Below are positions 1-7,892 of a DNA stretch of 64,000 nt, one piece after another (positions within the stretch are counted from its first letter, which is position 1; each line of letters opens with the position of its first letter). The stretch comes from Candidatus Sulfomarinibacteraceae bacterium (GTDB taxonomy: Bacteria > Acidobacteriota > Thermoanaerobaculia > Thermoanaerobaculales > Sulfomarinibacteraceae), in contig CAWCLO010000010.1 of the NCBI GenBank assembly GCA_963796455.1, forward strand, positions 352,001 to 416,000. The letters run 5' to 3'. The notes below the pieces were generated by a model. That model did no database searches and was not told where the DNA came from. It worked only from the letters and a program-made list of their open reading frames with translations. The translations under genes and the position numbers were made by a program.

Positions 1-966
1 GAACTGGCGCAGACCGTCAGCAACGTCGCCGGGAGTCATCTCAAACTGCGGCGCGCGATCATTTCGGAGGGCGCCTTCGCCTGGATTCTGGCGACCGACG
101 ACGGCTGGGTGGCCCGCCACGAGGACACCAGCACCGCGATTCTGGTGGAAATCGATGTCGCCGGCGACCGTTTCGGAGTGTGGCGCGAGTGGTTGCATAT
201 TCCCGATCCCGCCGATGTCGACGTGCAAGCGATCGCAGACCAGATATCCAACCGGGCGATGCTCACCAGATCCAGGGTCACAACCGACTCGGGTCTGCGC
301 GATTTGATCTTCCACCCCGAGGTCAGCGCGCAACTTCTGGCCGCCATCTCACCTCTCTTCCTCGCCGGAGAGGCCAGCGATCGCGCGTTGCCGGCTTTGC
401 TCGACAAACACGGGCAACTCGCGGCCCCGGCTCTGACAATCGTCGACGATCGAAGCGACCCGAGTGCTCCGATCACCGGCCCATGTGATGGTGAGGGGCT
501 GCCTTCCAGTCGCACGCTGCTGCTCGACCAGGGGGTGCCGAGGCACCGATTGGCATCGTTTCGGGACGCCACCCGAAATGGAGATGTTCCGCGCGGTGGT
601 GCCCTGAGGCTTTCATATCGAGATTATCCGGCAACCGGCATCGCCAATTTGATGGTTGACACCAGTGCCGGAATGCCGGCCGGCAAATTGCTCACTTCGG
701 CCCGAAGAGCTCTCTATCTGCTGCGGCCGCTGGCCTCCTTTTCGTGCGACCCTGCGAGCGATAGCTACCGCATCATCGCTTCCGGAGTCTGGCTCGATGG
801 GAGCGCCGTTCGTGGATGGCATCCAGTGGTGGAATTGCGCGGCAGCCTCGGCCGATTGCTGCGACGGATCGAGGCGGTCGGAACCGATCTTCGCTGGTTT
901 CAGACCGAACACGGATGTGTCGGAGCGCCATCGCTCCTGGTTCGGCGTCAACCGGTCGTCGGGTAG
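1..966 (+). CDS. TldD/PmbA-family metalloprotease, C-terminal part (5' truncated by window)
   Basis: Frame open from base 1. 'LTIVDD...PCDGEGLPSSRTLLLDQGV' and terminal 'GAPSLLVR' resemble the PmbA/TldD C-terminal domain. Confidence 0.75.
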   Translation, partial: ELAQTVSNVAGSHLKLRRAIISEGAFAWILATDDGWVARHEDTSTAILVEIDVAGDRFGVWREWLHIPDPADVDVQAIADQISNRAMLTRSRVTTDSGLRDLIFHPEVSAQLLAAISPLFLAGEASDRALPALLDKHGQLAAPALTIVDDRSDPSAPITGPCDGEGLPSSRTLLLDQGVPRHRLASFRDATRNGDVPRGGALRLSYRDYPATGIANLMVDTSAGMPAGKLLTSARRALYLLRPLASFSCDPASDSYRIIASGVWLDGSAVRGWHPVVELRGSLGRLLRRIEAVGTDLRWFQTEHGCVGAPSLLVRRQPVVG

Positions 967-1064
967 CCGGGCGTTCGAAACACTCTTGTCCAAGATTGAG
1001 TGTCGGACAGCGATCAGGGACAGCAGACAGCGTCAGCGACAGTGTCCAGCGGCAGCGGCAGCGG

Positions 1065-1099
1065 CAGGGATCAGGGATCAGGGATCAGGGATCAGGGAT
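1065..1099 (+). repeat. Heptamer tandem repeat (CAGGGAT)x5 within a degenerate CAGCG/CAGGG array (~1008-1131)
   Basis: Read directly from sequence. Confidence 0.95.
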
Positions 1100-1147
1100 C
1101 AGTATTCAGCGATCGGCGGCAGCGATCAGGTACCGCGACGGCGTGGC

Positions 1148-1277
1148 CACCTCCGGGTCGTTCAAAAGAAGGGGTAGCCGGTGGGCGGCCGATGTCAAGG
1201 ACAGGCAGGGTGCAGGGCATCCTTGACATCGGCCACCACACCGGCTTGTGGGTATGGGCATGAACGACCCGGAGGTG
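1148..1277 (+). promoter_or_regulatory. Long hairpin occluding the Shine-Dalgarno of the four-helix-bundle gene
   Basis: Perfect 17-bp IR 1148-1164/1261-1277 covering GGAGGT at 1271-1276, nested 7-bp IR 1177-1183/1239-1245, and 15-bp IR 1187-1201/1220-1234. Confidence 0.7.
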
Positions 1278-1280
1278 ACC

Positions 1281-1634
1281 ATGTCCTCAGCCGCCACGAA
1301 CACCAACCTCGTTGCCCACTCGAAAGCACTTGAAGCAGCAGGAATCGCGATCAAACTCGTGATGAGAGTTCCCGCTCCGCTGAAATCGATAGCCGATCAG
1401 GTAGTCCGATCGGCGAGTTCAGTCCCTGCGAACCTGGCAGAAGGGCACGGCCGCTTCGGTAGAGACCGATCGAACCACTGGAGGATCGCCTACGCCTCGG
1501 CCAAAGAGGTCGACAGCCACTTGCAGCTCCTCGCCCACGCCGGGGCGATCAGCCCGAACGGAGCCGGTGAAGCGATGAACGCCTTCGATCAAGTCCGTGC
1601 GATGACCTGGCGACTGTTGAACCCGAAAACCTAA
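1281..1634 (+). CDS. Four helix bundle protein (23S rRNA intervening-sequence protein / Avd-like family)
   Basis: Motif 'DQVVRSASSVPANLAEGHGR...IAYASAKEV'. SD GGAGGT just before ATG 1281 (ORF track starts at 1248). Confidence 0.9.
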   Translation: MSSAATNTNLVAHSKALEAAGIAIKLVMRVPAPLKSIADQVVRSASSVPANLAEGHGRFGRDRSNHWRIAYASAKEVDSHLQLLAHAGAISPNGAGEAMNAFDQVRAMTWRLLNPKT

Positions 1635-1676
1635 GTGCTGTTCGCTGACGCTGGACACTGTCGCTGCCGCCGCCTT

Positions 1677-1705
1677 TCGGGATCGGGATCGGGATCGGGA
1701 TCGGG
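1677..1705 (+). repeat. Hexamer tandem repeat (TCGGGA)x4 + TCGGG
   Basis: Read directly from sequence. Confidence 0.95.
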
Positions 1706-1908
1706 CCACCGCGAACTGGATAGGCCAAAAACCAACCCGTAAATCTCGTGCTGCCAATCGGGCGACCTAAAAAGACCATTTATATTGGACAACTGTGAGT
1801 TCAAATTTCAATCCGGGATTGCAGCCATGCTCCTCGGGTCAGGATCAAAATGACATTTTGTGTTAATTTGTGCTCTTGTTGGCGAAATAACGCGCCACAG
1901 GAGGTCTG

Positions 1909-2982
1909 ATGGAAGTCGGAATCTTGGGTTTGGCGGCGAGCGGCAAATCCACCCTTTTCACGCTGCTCACCGGTCAAAAACCAGCCGCAACTGCACGTCG
2001 CGATGCGGTTCAAATCGGTGTCGCCAGGGTGCCCGACCCCCGTCTCGAGGCCCTGGCAAAACTCTACAACCCTGAAAAAAACACCCCGGCGACCGTCCGC
2101 TACGTCGATGTGCCGGGTATCCCGGAGGAGCACCGCCGGGACTCGAGTTTCAACCTCCCCGAACTTCGGAACACCGATGCCCTGATGGTCGTTCTGCGTG
2201 CCTTTGACGACGGGTCGGTTCCCCACCCGATGGGCAACATCGATGCATTGCGCGATCTCAAACACATCGAGGACGAGTTCATTCTCCAGGACCAGATGGT
2301 GATCGAGCGCCGCCTCGAACGATTGGAGCGTGATCTCCGGACGCGCAAGGTCCCCGATTTGCTGCGCGAAAAAGAACTGCTCGAACGTTGTCTCGCGATC
2401 GTCGAAGACGAGCGCCCGCTCCGCGCTGAAAGCTTCAGTGATGATGAACAGAAAATTCTGCGGGGATTCACCTTCCTATCGCGAAAGCCGATGCTGGTCG
2501 TGCTCAACGTGAGCGAGGATCGCCTCGCAGAGGATCCCTTTACCCAAGACGGCTGGGCGATGTGGAACGATCGCGGCGAAACAGCCTTCACCCGGGTCTG
2601 CGCCACCCTCGAGCACGAACTGGCCGAACTCGAAGACCAGGACGCAGAGGAATTGATGCAAGAATTCGGCATCAAGGATCGAGCCCTCGATCGTGTCATT
2701 CGCGAGTCCTATCGCCTGCTTGGTTCGATCTCGTTCTTCACTGTCGGCGAAGACGAGTGCCGGGCATGGTCTGTTCGCACCGACACCCCGGCGGTGGAAG
2801 CGGGCGGGGTCATCCATTCGGACATCCAACGTGGTTTCATTCGTGCCGAGGTGGTGCCCTTCGACGACCTCATCGAGGCCGGTTCACTGGCTGTCTGTCG
2901 GCAACAGGGGACCCTTCGCCTCGAGGGCAAGACCTATCCGGTTCAGGACGGAGAGGTCGTTCACTTCAGATTCAACGTCTGA
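1909..2982 (+). CDS. ychF: Redox-regulated ATPase YchF (OBG family, C-terminal TGS/DUF933 domain)
   Basis: GLAASGKST P-loop, 'VPDPRL', DVPG, 'FFTVGEDECRAW', 'IHSDIQRGFIRAEV', 'EGKTYPVQDGEVVHFRFNV'; SD GGAGG. Confidence 0.93.
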   Translation: MEVGILGLAASGKSTLFTLLTGQKPAATARRDAVQIGVARVPDPRLEALAKLYNPEKNTPATVRYVDVPGIPEEHRRDSSFNLPELRNTDALMVVLRAFDDGSVPHPMGNIDALRDLKHIEDEFILQDQMVIERRLERLERDLRTRKVPDLLREKELLERCLAIVEDERPLRAESFSDDEQKILRGFTFLSRKPMLVVLNVSEDRLAEDPFTQDGWAMWNDRGETAFTRVCATLEHELAELEDQDAEELMQEFGIKDRALDRVIRESYRLLGSISFFTVGEDECRAWSVRTDTPAVEAGGVIHSDIQRGFIRAEVVPFDDLIEAGSLAVCRQQGTLRLEGKTYPVQDGEVVHFRFNV

Positions 2983-2988
2983 GGATGG

Positions 2989-3954
2989 TCAAACGAGGGC
3001 CTCGACAAGCCAACGACTGATCAACCCGCCTGGCGCGAGACTGGCTTCATTCGAGACACTGCCGACCGGTGGCGCCGCCTGGGGCACATTTTGATCTTGT
3101 TGGTCCGTCACCGGCGGCAGCGCCGTTCCGTACGGCGTCGTCGACCGGGTCGGTGCGCGACGGGCGGGAATCGAACGCGGTGGAGCCTTCGGCACCGGAG
3201 TCGGGGCCGGAACCGAATCGGCCGTTGTCATTTCTTCCGCCTGATTGATCGTCGAGGACACCGGCTCTTGCTCGAGCGGGGTGGACTGAGGTATGTCAGG
3301 AGGCGCCGGCGGTTCGTACTTTTGTTCGATCTGGCCGACCTTCTCCGGCTCCAGGTACTCGATTGGCAGCGCATCCACGAAGCTGCGCTGATCATATGAA
3401 TAGAGATTAGCACCGAGGATCAGTCGGGAATTCAGAACCTCGGGGTTGACCATTGGATCGGCCAACTCCGGCGCCGACTCGAGTGCACGCTCGTAGTAAA
3501 GCATTGCGTTGGAACCGTGTCCCATCTGCTCCTCGAGCAGACCCAGGTAGAAGTTGCACCATCCGTGACCCACCTGTTGTTTGAGGCACCGGCGGTAGGC
3601 TTGGCGGGCATTGTCGAGCTCTCCCTGGCTGTGTTCCACCAGACCGATCCGGAACCACGCCTCGAAAAGATTGCTGTCGAGCTTGAGCGCCCGCCGGTAC
3701 ATTTTCACAGCATCCTTGGGCCAGCCGCGATAAAAGAGCATGGTCCCGAGATCCACCAACTCCGGTGCGGCAAGTTCACTGTTCTCGGCACGCTCCCAGT
3801 ACTCCCGAATCGTTTCGTCTCCCGGGTCGTCCGGAACCAGCCATCGGACAAAGATCGGATCATCACCGGCTGCGGTGGGAGTTCCGACGGCTCCAATCAA
3901 CAAAACCACGATCAACAATGAGCCCCGGCGGGCCGAACCCGATTCAAAAACCAT
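2989..3954 (-). CDS. Exported tetratricopeptide-repeat protein with Pro-rich C-terminus
   Basis: Signal-like hydrophobic N-terminus and several TPR-like units ('AVKMYRRALKLDSNLFEAWFRIG'). Start chosen at MVFESG. Confidence 0.75.
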   Translation of the reverse strand: MVFESGSARRGSLLIVVLLIGAVGTPTAAGDDPIFVRWLVPDDPGDETIREYWERAENSELAAPELVDLGTMLFYRGWPKDAVKMYRRALKLDSNLFEAWFRIGLVEHSQGELDNARQAYRRCLKQQVGHGWCNFYLGLLEEQMGHGSNAMLYYERALESAPELADPMVNPEVLNSRLILGANLYSYDQRSFVDALPIEYLEPEKVGQIEQKYEPPAPPDIPQSTPLEQEPVSSTINQAEEMTTADSVPAPTPVPKAPPRSIPARRAPTRSTTPYGTALPPVTDQQDQNVPQAAPPVGSVSNEASLAPGGLISRWLVEALV

Positions 3955-3961
3955 TCGCTGG

Positions 3962-4507
3962 CTACTTCCTTTTCTTGTTCTTGCGCGCAACGACCCTGAC
4001 ATTACCATCCTCGACCCGCACCTCGAATCGAACGGACTGTCCGAGACGCTCTTCGATTCGTAGCTTTTGCAGAGCGATCTGTTCCTCAAAGGTGCTGCGA
4101 TCAACCCCAACAGTCAGACCCTGTTCGGCCTTGGCAGCGGTGTAGCGGTCAAAGAGCGCGTCGCTCTTATCAGAGTCTACGGACGGTGGCGAAGGGACGT
4201 TTGCAATCTCTTGCGCCCGGAGCTCTGGATTGGTGTGGCCCTGAGCCGTCCGGCCTTCTTCACGCAAACGCAACATGCGTTCCCAGTTCATCGAATAGGT
4301 CATGAAACGGTGCTGCAACTGTTCGATTCGAAACTGCTCGGCCCGACGGTGCACGGTCTGTTCGGACAACTGCCGGATCCGGCGGCTGATGCGTTCGCGC
4401 TCGATCTGTGGCGGCACCTTTTCCACCCCCGAAAAGAATCGCTCCCATTTGCGGATGTGCTGCTGCAAGGTCGTTTCGAGCACCGCAATTTTTTCAGCCA
4501 GCTCCAT
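3962..4507 (-). CDS. Hypothetical protein resembling MXAN_5187 C-terminal-domain proteins
   Basis: 'WERFFSGVEKVPP', 'LFDRYTAAK', 'VRFEVRVEDGNVRV'; SD-like GGGAG before MELAEK. Family assignment from recall. Confidence 0.55.
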   Translation of the reverse strand: MELAEKIAVLETTLQQHIRKWERFFSGVEKVPPQIERERISRRIRQLSEQTVHRRAEQFRIEQLQHRFMTYSMNWERMLRLREEGRTAQGHTNPELRAQEIANVPSPPSVDSDKSDALFDRYTAAKAEQGLTVGVDRSTFEEQIALQKLRIEERLGQSVRFEVRVEDGNVRVVARKNKKRK

Positions 4508-4626
4508 GGAACACTCCCGAAATACCTGTTCTGATTCCGCCTTCATCCCGATTATCTCACCGGGAACGGATCTCCGACACCCCTTCCGACGGATAACGCC
4601 GCTCATACCAGGTTAGAATACCCGCC

Positions 4627-6015
4627 GTGGAAACTGATCTGAGACGTATCCCGGCGATTCATCGCCTCCTCGATCTGCCTGCACTCCAGGCAGCGATCGA
4701 AGAACACGGCCACGACCCTGTCATGGAGGCGTGCCGCAGCATCGTTGATCGACTGCGTCACCGCGCCGGGACAGGCGAATTGACGGGATCCGATTTTGTC
4801 GCCGCCATCGACGCACTCGAGGGTGAAATACTCGCAGCAGTCAGCAGTGACGGCGGATCGCCGTATCCGGCAGTGATCAACGCCACCGGGGTGCTCCTGC
4901 ACACCAATCTCGGCCGCGCACCGCTCGGTGGGCTCTCACCAGACTCCCTGAGATCATATCTCGCTCTGGAGTACGACATCGCTTCCGGAGGGCGCGGGCA
5001 ACGATTGGCGCCGATCGCCGACCGTATCGCCCGGGTCTGCGGCGCTCCCGCGGCCGTCATGGTCAACAACAACGCCGCAGCTCTGTTCCTGATATTGAAA
5101 GCCCATACCGACGACCGTGAGGTCGTGGTGTCCCGCGGTCAGTTGATCGAGATCGGGGGGTCCTTCCGTCTACCCGATGTCATCGCATCGGCCGGCACCC
5201 GATTGATCGAGGTCGGTTGTACGAATCGGACCCATCTCCGTGACTACGCTTCGGCCATCGGTGAGCGGACGGCCGCCTTGCTCCTCGCCCATCAATCGAA
5301 TTTCCGCGTGGTTGGTTTTACGACCGAACCATCCGTGGGCGAACTCGCCGAATTGGCGCACTCCCACGATCTTCCGCTGATCGTCGACCAGGGCTCCGGT
5401 GCGATGCACGATCTTCGCCGCTGGGGCCTGCCGCCCGAGGAGACCGTCACCGAATTGCTCGAGGCCGGCGCGGACATCGTCTGTTTTTCCGGAGACAAGC
5501 TCCTCGGCGGGCCGCAGGCGGGACTCATCGTCGGCAGCGAGGAGTGGGTTGCGCCGCTCGCTCGACACCCCCTGTATCGCGCCCTCCGGCCGGACAAGAC
5601 GGCCCTGGTGATGATGGACGAAGTGCTTCGTGCACACCGCAGCGGCAGGCTCGAGAAGATCCCACTTTATGCGCTGCTCGAGATCCCGGTCGAGGCGCTC
5701 AAAGACCGTGCGAAACGCTTGGCGGCAGGACTGGAATCCGAAGGCGTGCCGGCTCGTGGCCGAGCCACCCGCGCCGCTCTCGGCGGCGGCACCACACCGG
5801 AAGAGACTCTGGCGAGCTACGGGTTGGCAGTCGCCGGTGGCCAGGGTCTCGCCGATCGCCTGCGATCGACACAGCCGCCGGTGATCGCCCGAATCGAGGA
5901 CGATGAGGTGGTGCTCGACCTCCGAACGGTCCCGTCCGAGGACGATCGGGCTCTCGAGGCTGCTGTGATTGAAGCCTACAAAGGACTTGCGGCAAGCCAG
6001 GACTCCGGAGCATAG
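4627..6015 (+). CDS. selA: L-seryl-tRNA(Sec) selenium transferase
   Basis: 'VINATGVLLHTNLGRAPL', 'VNNNAAA', 'SRGQLIEIGGSFRLPDV', PLP motif 'FSGDKLLGGPQAG'. Confidence 0.97.
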   Translation: METDLRRIPAIHRLLDLPALQAAIEEHGHDPVMEACRSIVDRLRHRAGTGELTGSDFVAAIDALEGEILAAVSSDGGSPYPAVINATGVLLHTNLGRAPLGGLSPDSLRSYLALEYDIASGGRGQRLAPIADRIARVCGAPAAVMVNNNAAALFLILKAHTDDREVVVSRGQLIEIGGSFRLPDVIASAGTRLIEVGCTNRTHLRDYASAIGERTAALLLAHQSNFRVVGFTTEPSVGELAELAHSHDLPLIVDQGSGAMHDLRRWGLPPEETVTELLEAGADIVCFSGDKLLGGPQAGLIVGSEEWVAPLARHPLYRALRPDKTALVMMDEVLRAHRSGRLEKIPLYALLEIPVEALKDRAKRLAAGLESEGVPARGRATRAALGGGTTPEETLASYGLAVAGGQGLADRLRSTQPPVIARIEDDEVVLDLRTVPSEDDRALEAAVIEAYKGLAASQDSGA

Positions 6016-6749
6016 AGCCACAAGAGCACGGCCACGGCAAGAAAGGTCCCAAAGGGCAGGGCGGTCTTGCCCGAGCCACGGCCGGAGATGATCAGACCGA
6101 CGCCCACCAGGGCCCCGAGAGTCGCCGCCACTACCAACACGCCGACACAGCCCCGGAGACCGACCACCGCACCGATCGCGGCCAGGTATTTGACATCACC
6201 CCAGCCCATGCCCTCGATCCCCCGCCACATTTTGTAGATGACGATGACCAGGGTCGGAAGGAGCGCCCCGACCGCCGCACCGATGAGGGAGTCCAACCAC
6301 CAGGTATAGCCGCCGAAGTAAGAACAGACGAATCCGAATACGATGGATGGGTAGGTCATGGAGTTGGGCAGAATCTGGAAGTCGAAGTCGATCAGACCGA
6401 GGGCCAGGGAGACCCACGCGAAAACCACAACCTCGAAGGCCGTCAGCGTCAAACCCCAGCGCAGCACCGCCAGCACGGCCAATCCGGCGGACGCGGCCTC
6501 CACCAGCGGATAACGGATCGAAATCGGGTGCCGGCAGCGTCGGCAGCGGCCGCGCAGGGCGAGCCACGAGAGGACCGGCACATTGTCATACCAGCGGATC
6601 GGCGTATCGCAGGATGGGCAGGCCGATCCGGGGTGAACCAGTGATTTTTCGCGCGGTACGCGATAGATGACAACGTTGAGGAACGAACCCACCACCGCTC
6701 CCAGGATTGCGGCAAAGATCAAGACAAACGGTTCTGTTGACCAATCCAT
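5976..6749 (-). CDS. pilD: Type IV prepilin peptidase / N-methyltransferase
   Basis: 'GSFLNVVIYRVP', two CxxC pairs, 'GMGWGDVK', 'LPFGTFL'. Confidence 0.95.
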   Translation of the reverse strand: MDWSTEPFVLIFAAILGAVVGSFLNVVIYRVPREKSLVHPGSACPSCDTPIRWYDNVPVLSWLALRGRCRRCRHPISIRYPLVEAASAGLAVLAVLRWGLTLTAFEVVVFAWVSLALGLIDFDFQILPNSMTYPSIVFGFVCSYFGGYTWWLDSLIGAAVGALLPTLVIVIYKMWRGIEGMGWGDVKYLAAIGAVVGLRGCVGVLVVAATLGALVGVGLIISGRGSGKTALPFGTFLAVAVLLWLYAPESWLAASPL

Positions 6750-7852
6750 CCGTAGAGCTCCTCCTCTCGGCGCACCATGAGATCACGATCGAATTCTTCG
6801 AGGCCCATCGTCGCCGAGTTCACCAGTCGATCGCGCAGCACAGGATCCTCGAGCACGGCACAAATACCATCCGTCAAAGCGGCCACATCGCCGGCCGGCG
6901 CGAGGAAACCGTTGACCCCCGATCGGAGGACCTCGACGGTCCCGTCAACGGCCGTGGCCACCACCGGCACCCCGGCAGCCAGAGATTCCACCACCGAGCA
7001 TGGCAGACCCTCGTGGCGGGAGGTCAGAACCGAAACCGTGGTGGCCGCCAGGACATCCGGAATGTCGTCCCGCCAGCCGCTGAAAACCAGGCGATCGCCG
7101 ATGTCGAGCGACCGCGCCAGCTCTTTGGCCGAATCAAGTAACGGGCCGTCACCAACCATCAGAAACCAGGACTCGGGAAACCGTTTGCCGACCGCCGCCG
7201 CGGCCCTCACGAAATCGAGCGGCGCCTTCTGTGCCTTGAAATTGCCGATCTGTGTGATCAGCGGTACATCCGGTGGCACACCGAGAAGACGACGCACCGA
7301 TTTTCCGTCGCCGCTGCCGGTGAATCGTCCGATATCGATTCCGGCCCGGATCACCGTCGATCGATCGCGCGGCACCATGCCCATTTCCGCGGCCCGTCGC
7401 CGGTCCGATTCGGAGACCATCACGAAGTGATCGGTGACCCGGGCCAGCATTTTCTCAGCGTTTTTGAAAACGAAACGTACCGGCGGCTTCTGTAGTGGCG
7501 TAAATCCAAAACCGTGAACGGTATGGACGATCGCCGGCACAGCCTCGATTCGGGCCGCCATCCGGCCGAGAATCCCGGCCTTCGACGAGTGGGTGTGAAC
7601 GACATCCGGAGAAAATCGCCGAATCGTCTTTCGCAGCGACGCCATTGCCTTGAGATCATCTATCGGTGCGATCCGGCGGAGCAACGACGCGATCGGAAAG
7701 AGCTCGAGGTCGTCGATTGACTCGGCTTCTTCGTCGAGAAGCTCTCCGGGGCCCCAGGCGAGACCCACCTCGAAGCGCTCGCGGTCAAGGGCTCTGGCGG
7801 TGTGAAGAACCACCCGCTGTGCGCCGCCGAGTTCAAGGCGGGTGATCACCAA
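6719..7852 (-). CDS. Glycosyltransferase family 4
   Basis: 'GGAQR', 'VHTHSSKAG', 'EGLPCSVVESLAAGVPVV'. The true start may lie slightly upstream. Confidence 0.9.
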   Translation of the reverse strand: MVITRLELGGAQRVVLHTARALDRERFEVGLAWGPGELLDEEAESIDDLELFPIASLLRRIAPIDDLKAMASLRKTIRRFSPDVVHTHSSKAGILGRMAARIEAVPAIVHTVHGFGFTPLQKPPVRFVFKNAEKMLARVTDHFVMVSESDRRRAAEMGMVPRDRSTVIRAGIDIGRFTGSGDGKSVRRLLGVPPDVPLITQIGNFKAQKAPLDFVRAAAAVGKRFPESWFLMVGDGPLLDSAKELARSLDIGDRLVFSGWRDDIPDVLAATTVSVLTSRHEGLPCSVVESLAAGVPVVATAVDGTVEVLRSGVNGFLAPAGDVAALTDGICAVLEDPVLRDRLVNSATMGLEEFDRDLMVRREEELYGWIGQQNRLS

Positions 7853-7892
7853 CAGGACCCGGATTCGACGGCTCAGATTCCACCGGGCTCCC

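Larger units (their letters stand above)
973..1798 (+). mobile_element. Putative dispersed element carrying a four-helix-bundle gene (copy A, complete)
   Basis: Outer arms recur at 45782-45806 (20/25 identical) and 46089-46184 (74/96, ungapped). Imperfect terminal IR 981-996/1782-1797 (13/16). Internal perfect 18-bp IR 1034-1051/1649-1666. Mobility is inferred. Confidence 0.6.

Noticed and set aside
1008..1131. CRISPR array
   Set aside because: Units are 6-7 nt in tandem with no unique spacers, and no cas genes are present.
1193..1258. Sigma70 promoters from the TTGACA hexamers in the inner inverted repeat
   Set aside because: No acceptable -10 hexamer at 16-18 nt spacing on either strand.
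1000..1263. Short repeat-derived ORFs (QGSGIRD..., QRQRQR...), also 45923..46218
   Set aside because: Translations of DNA tandem repeats with no RBS or protein-like composition, apart from the gene-tail remnant reported separately.
1281..1634. Diversity-generating retroelement (Avd-like gene)
   Set aside because: No reverse transcriptase in the window, and the 96-nt repeat pair is non-coding with mismatches not restricted to adenines, so it is not a TR/VR pair.
966..1908. rRNA intervening sequence
   Set aside because: The flanks are protein-coding genes; no rRNA sequence is recognisable.
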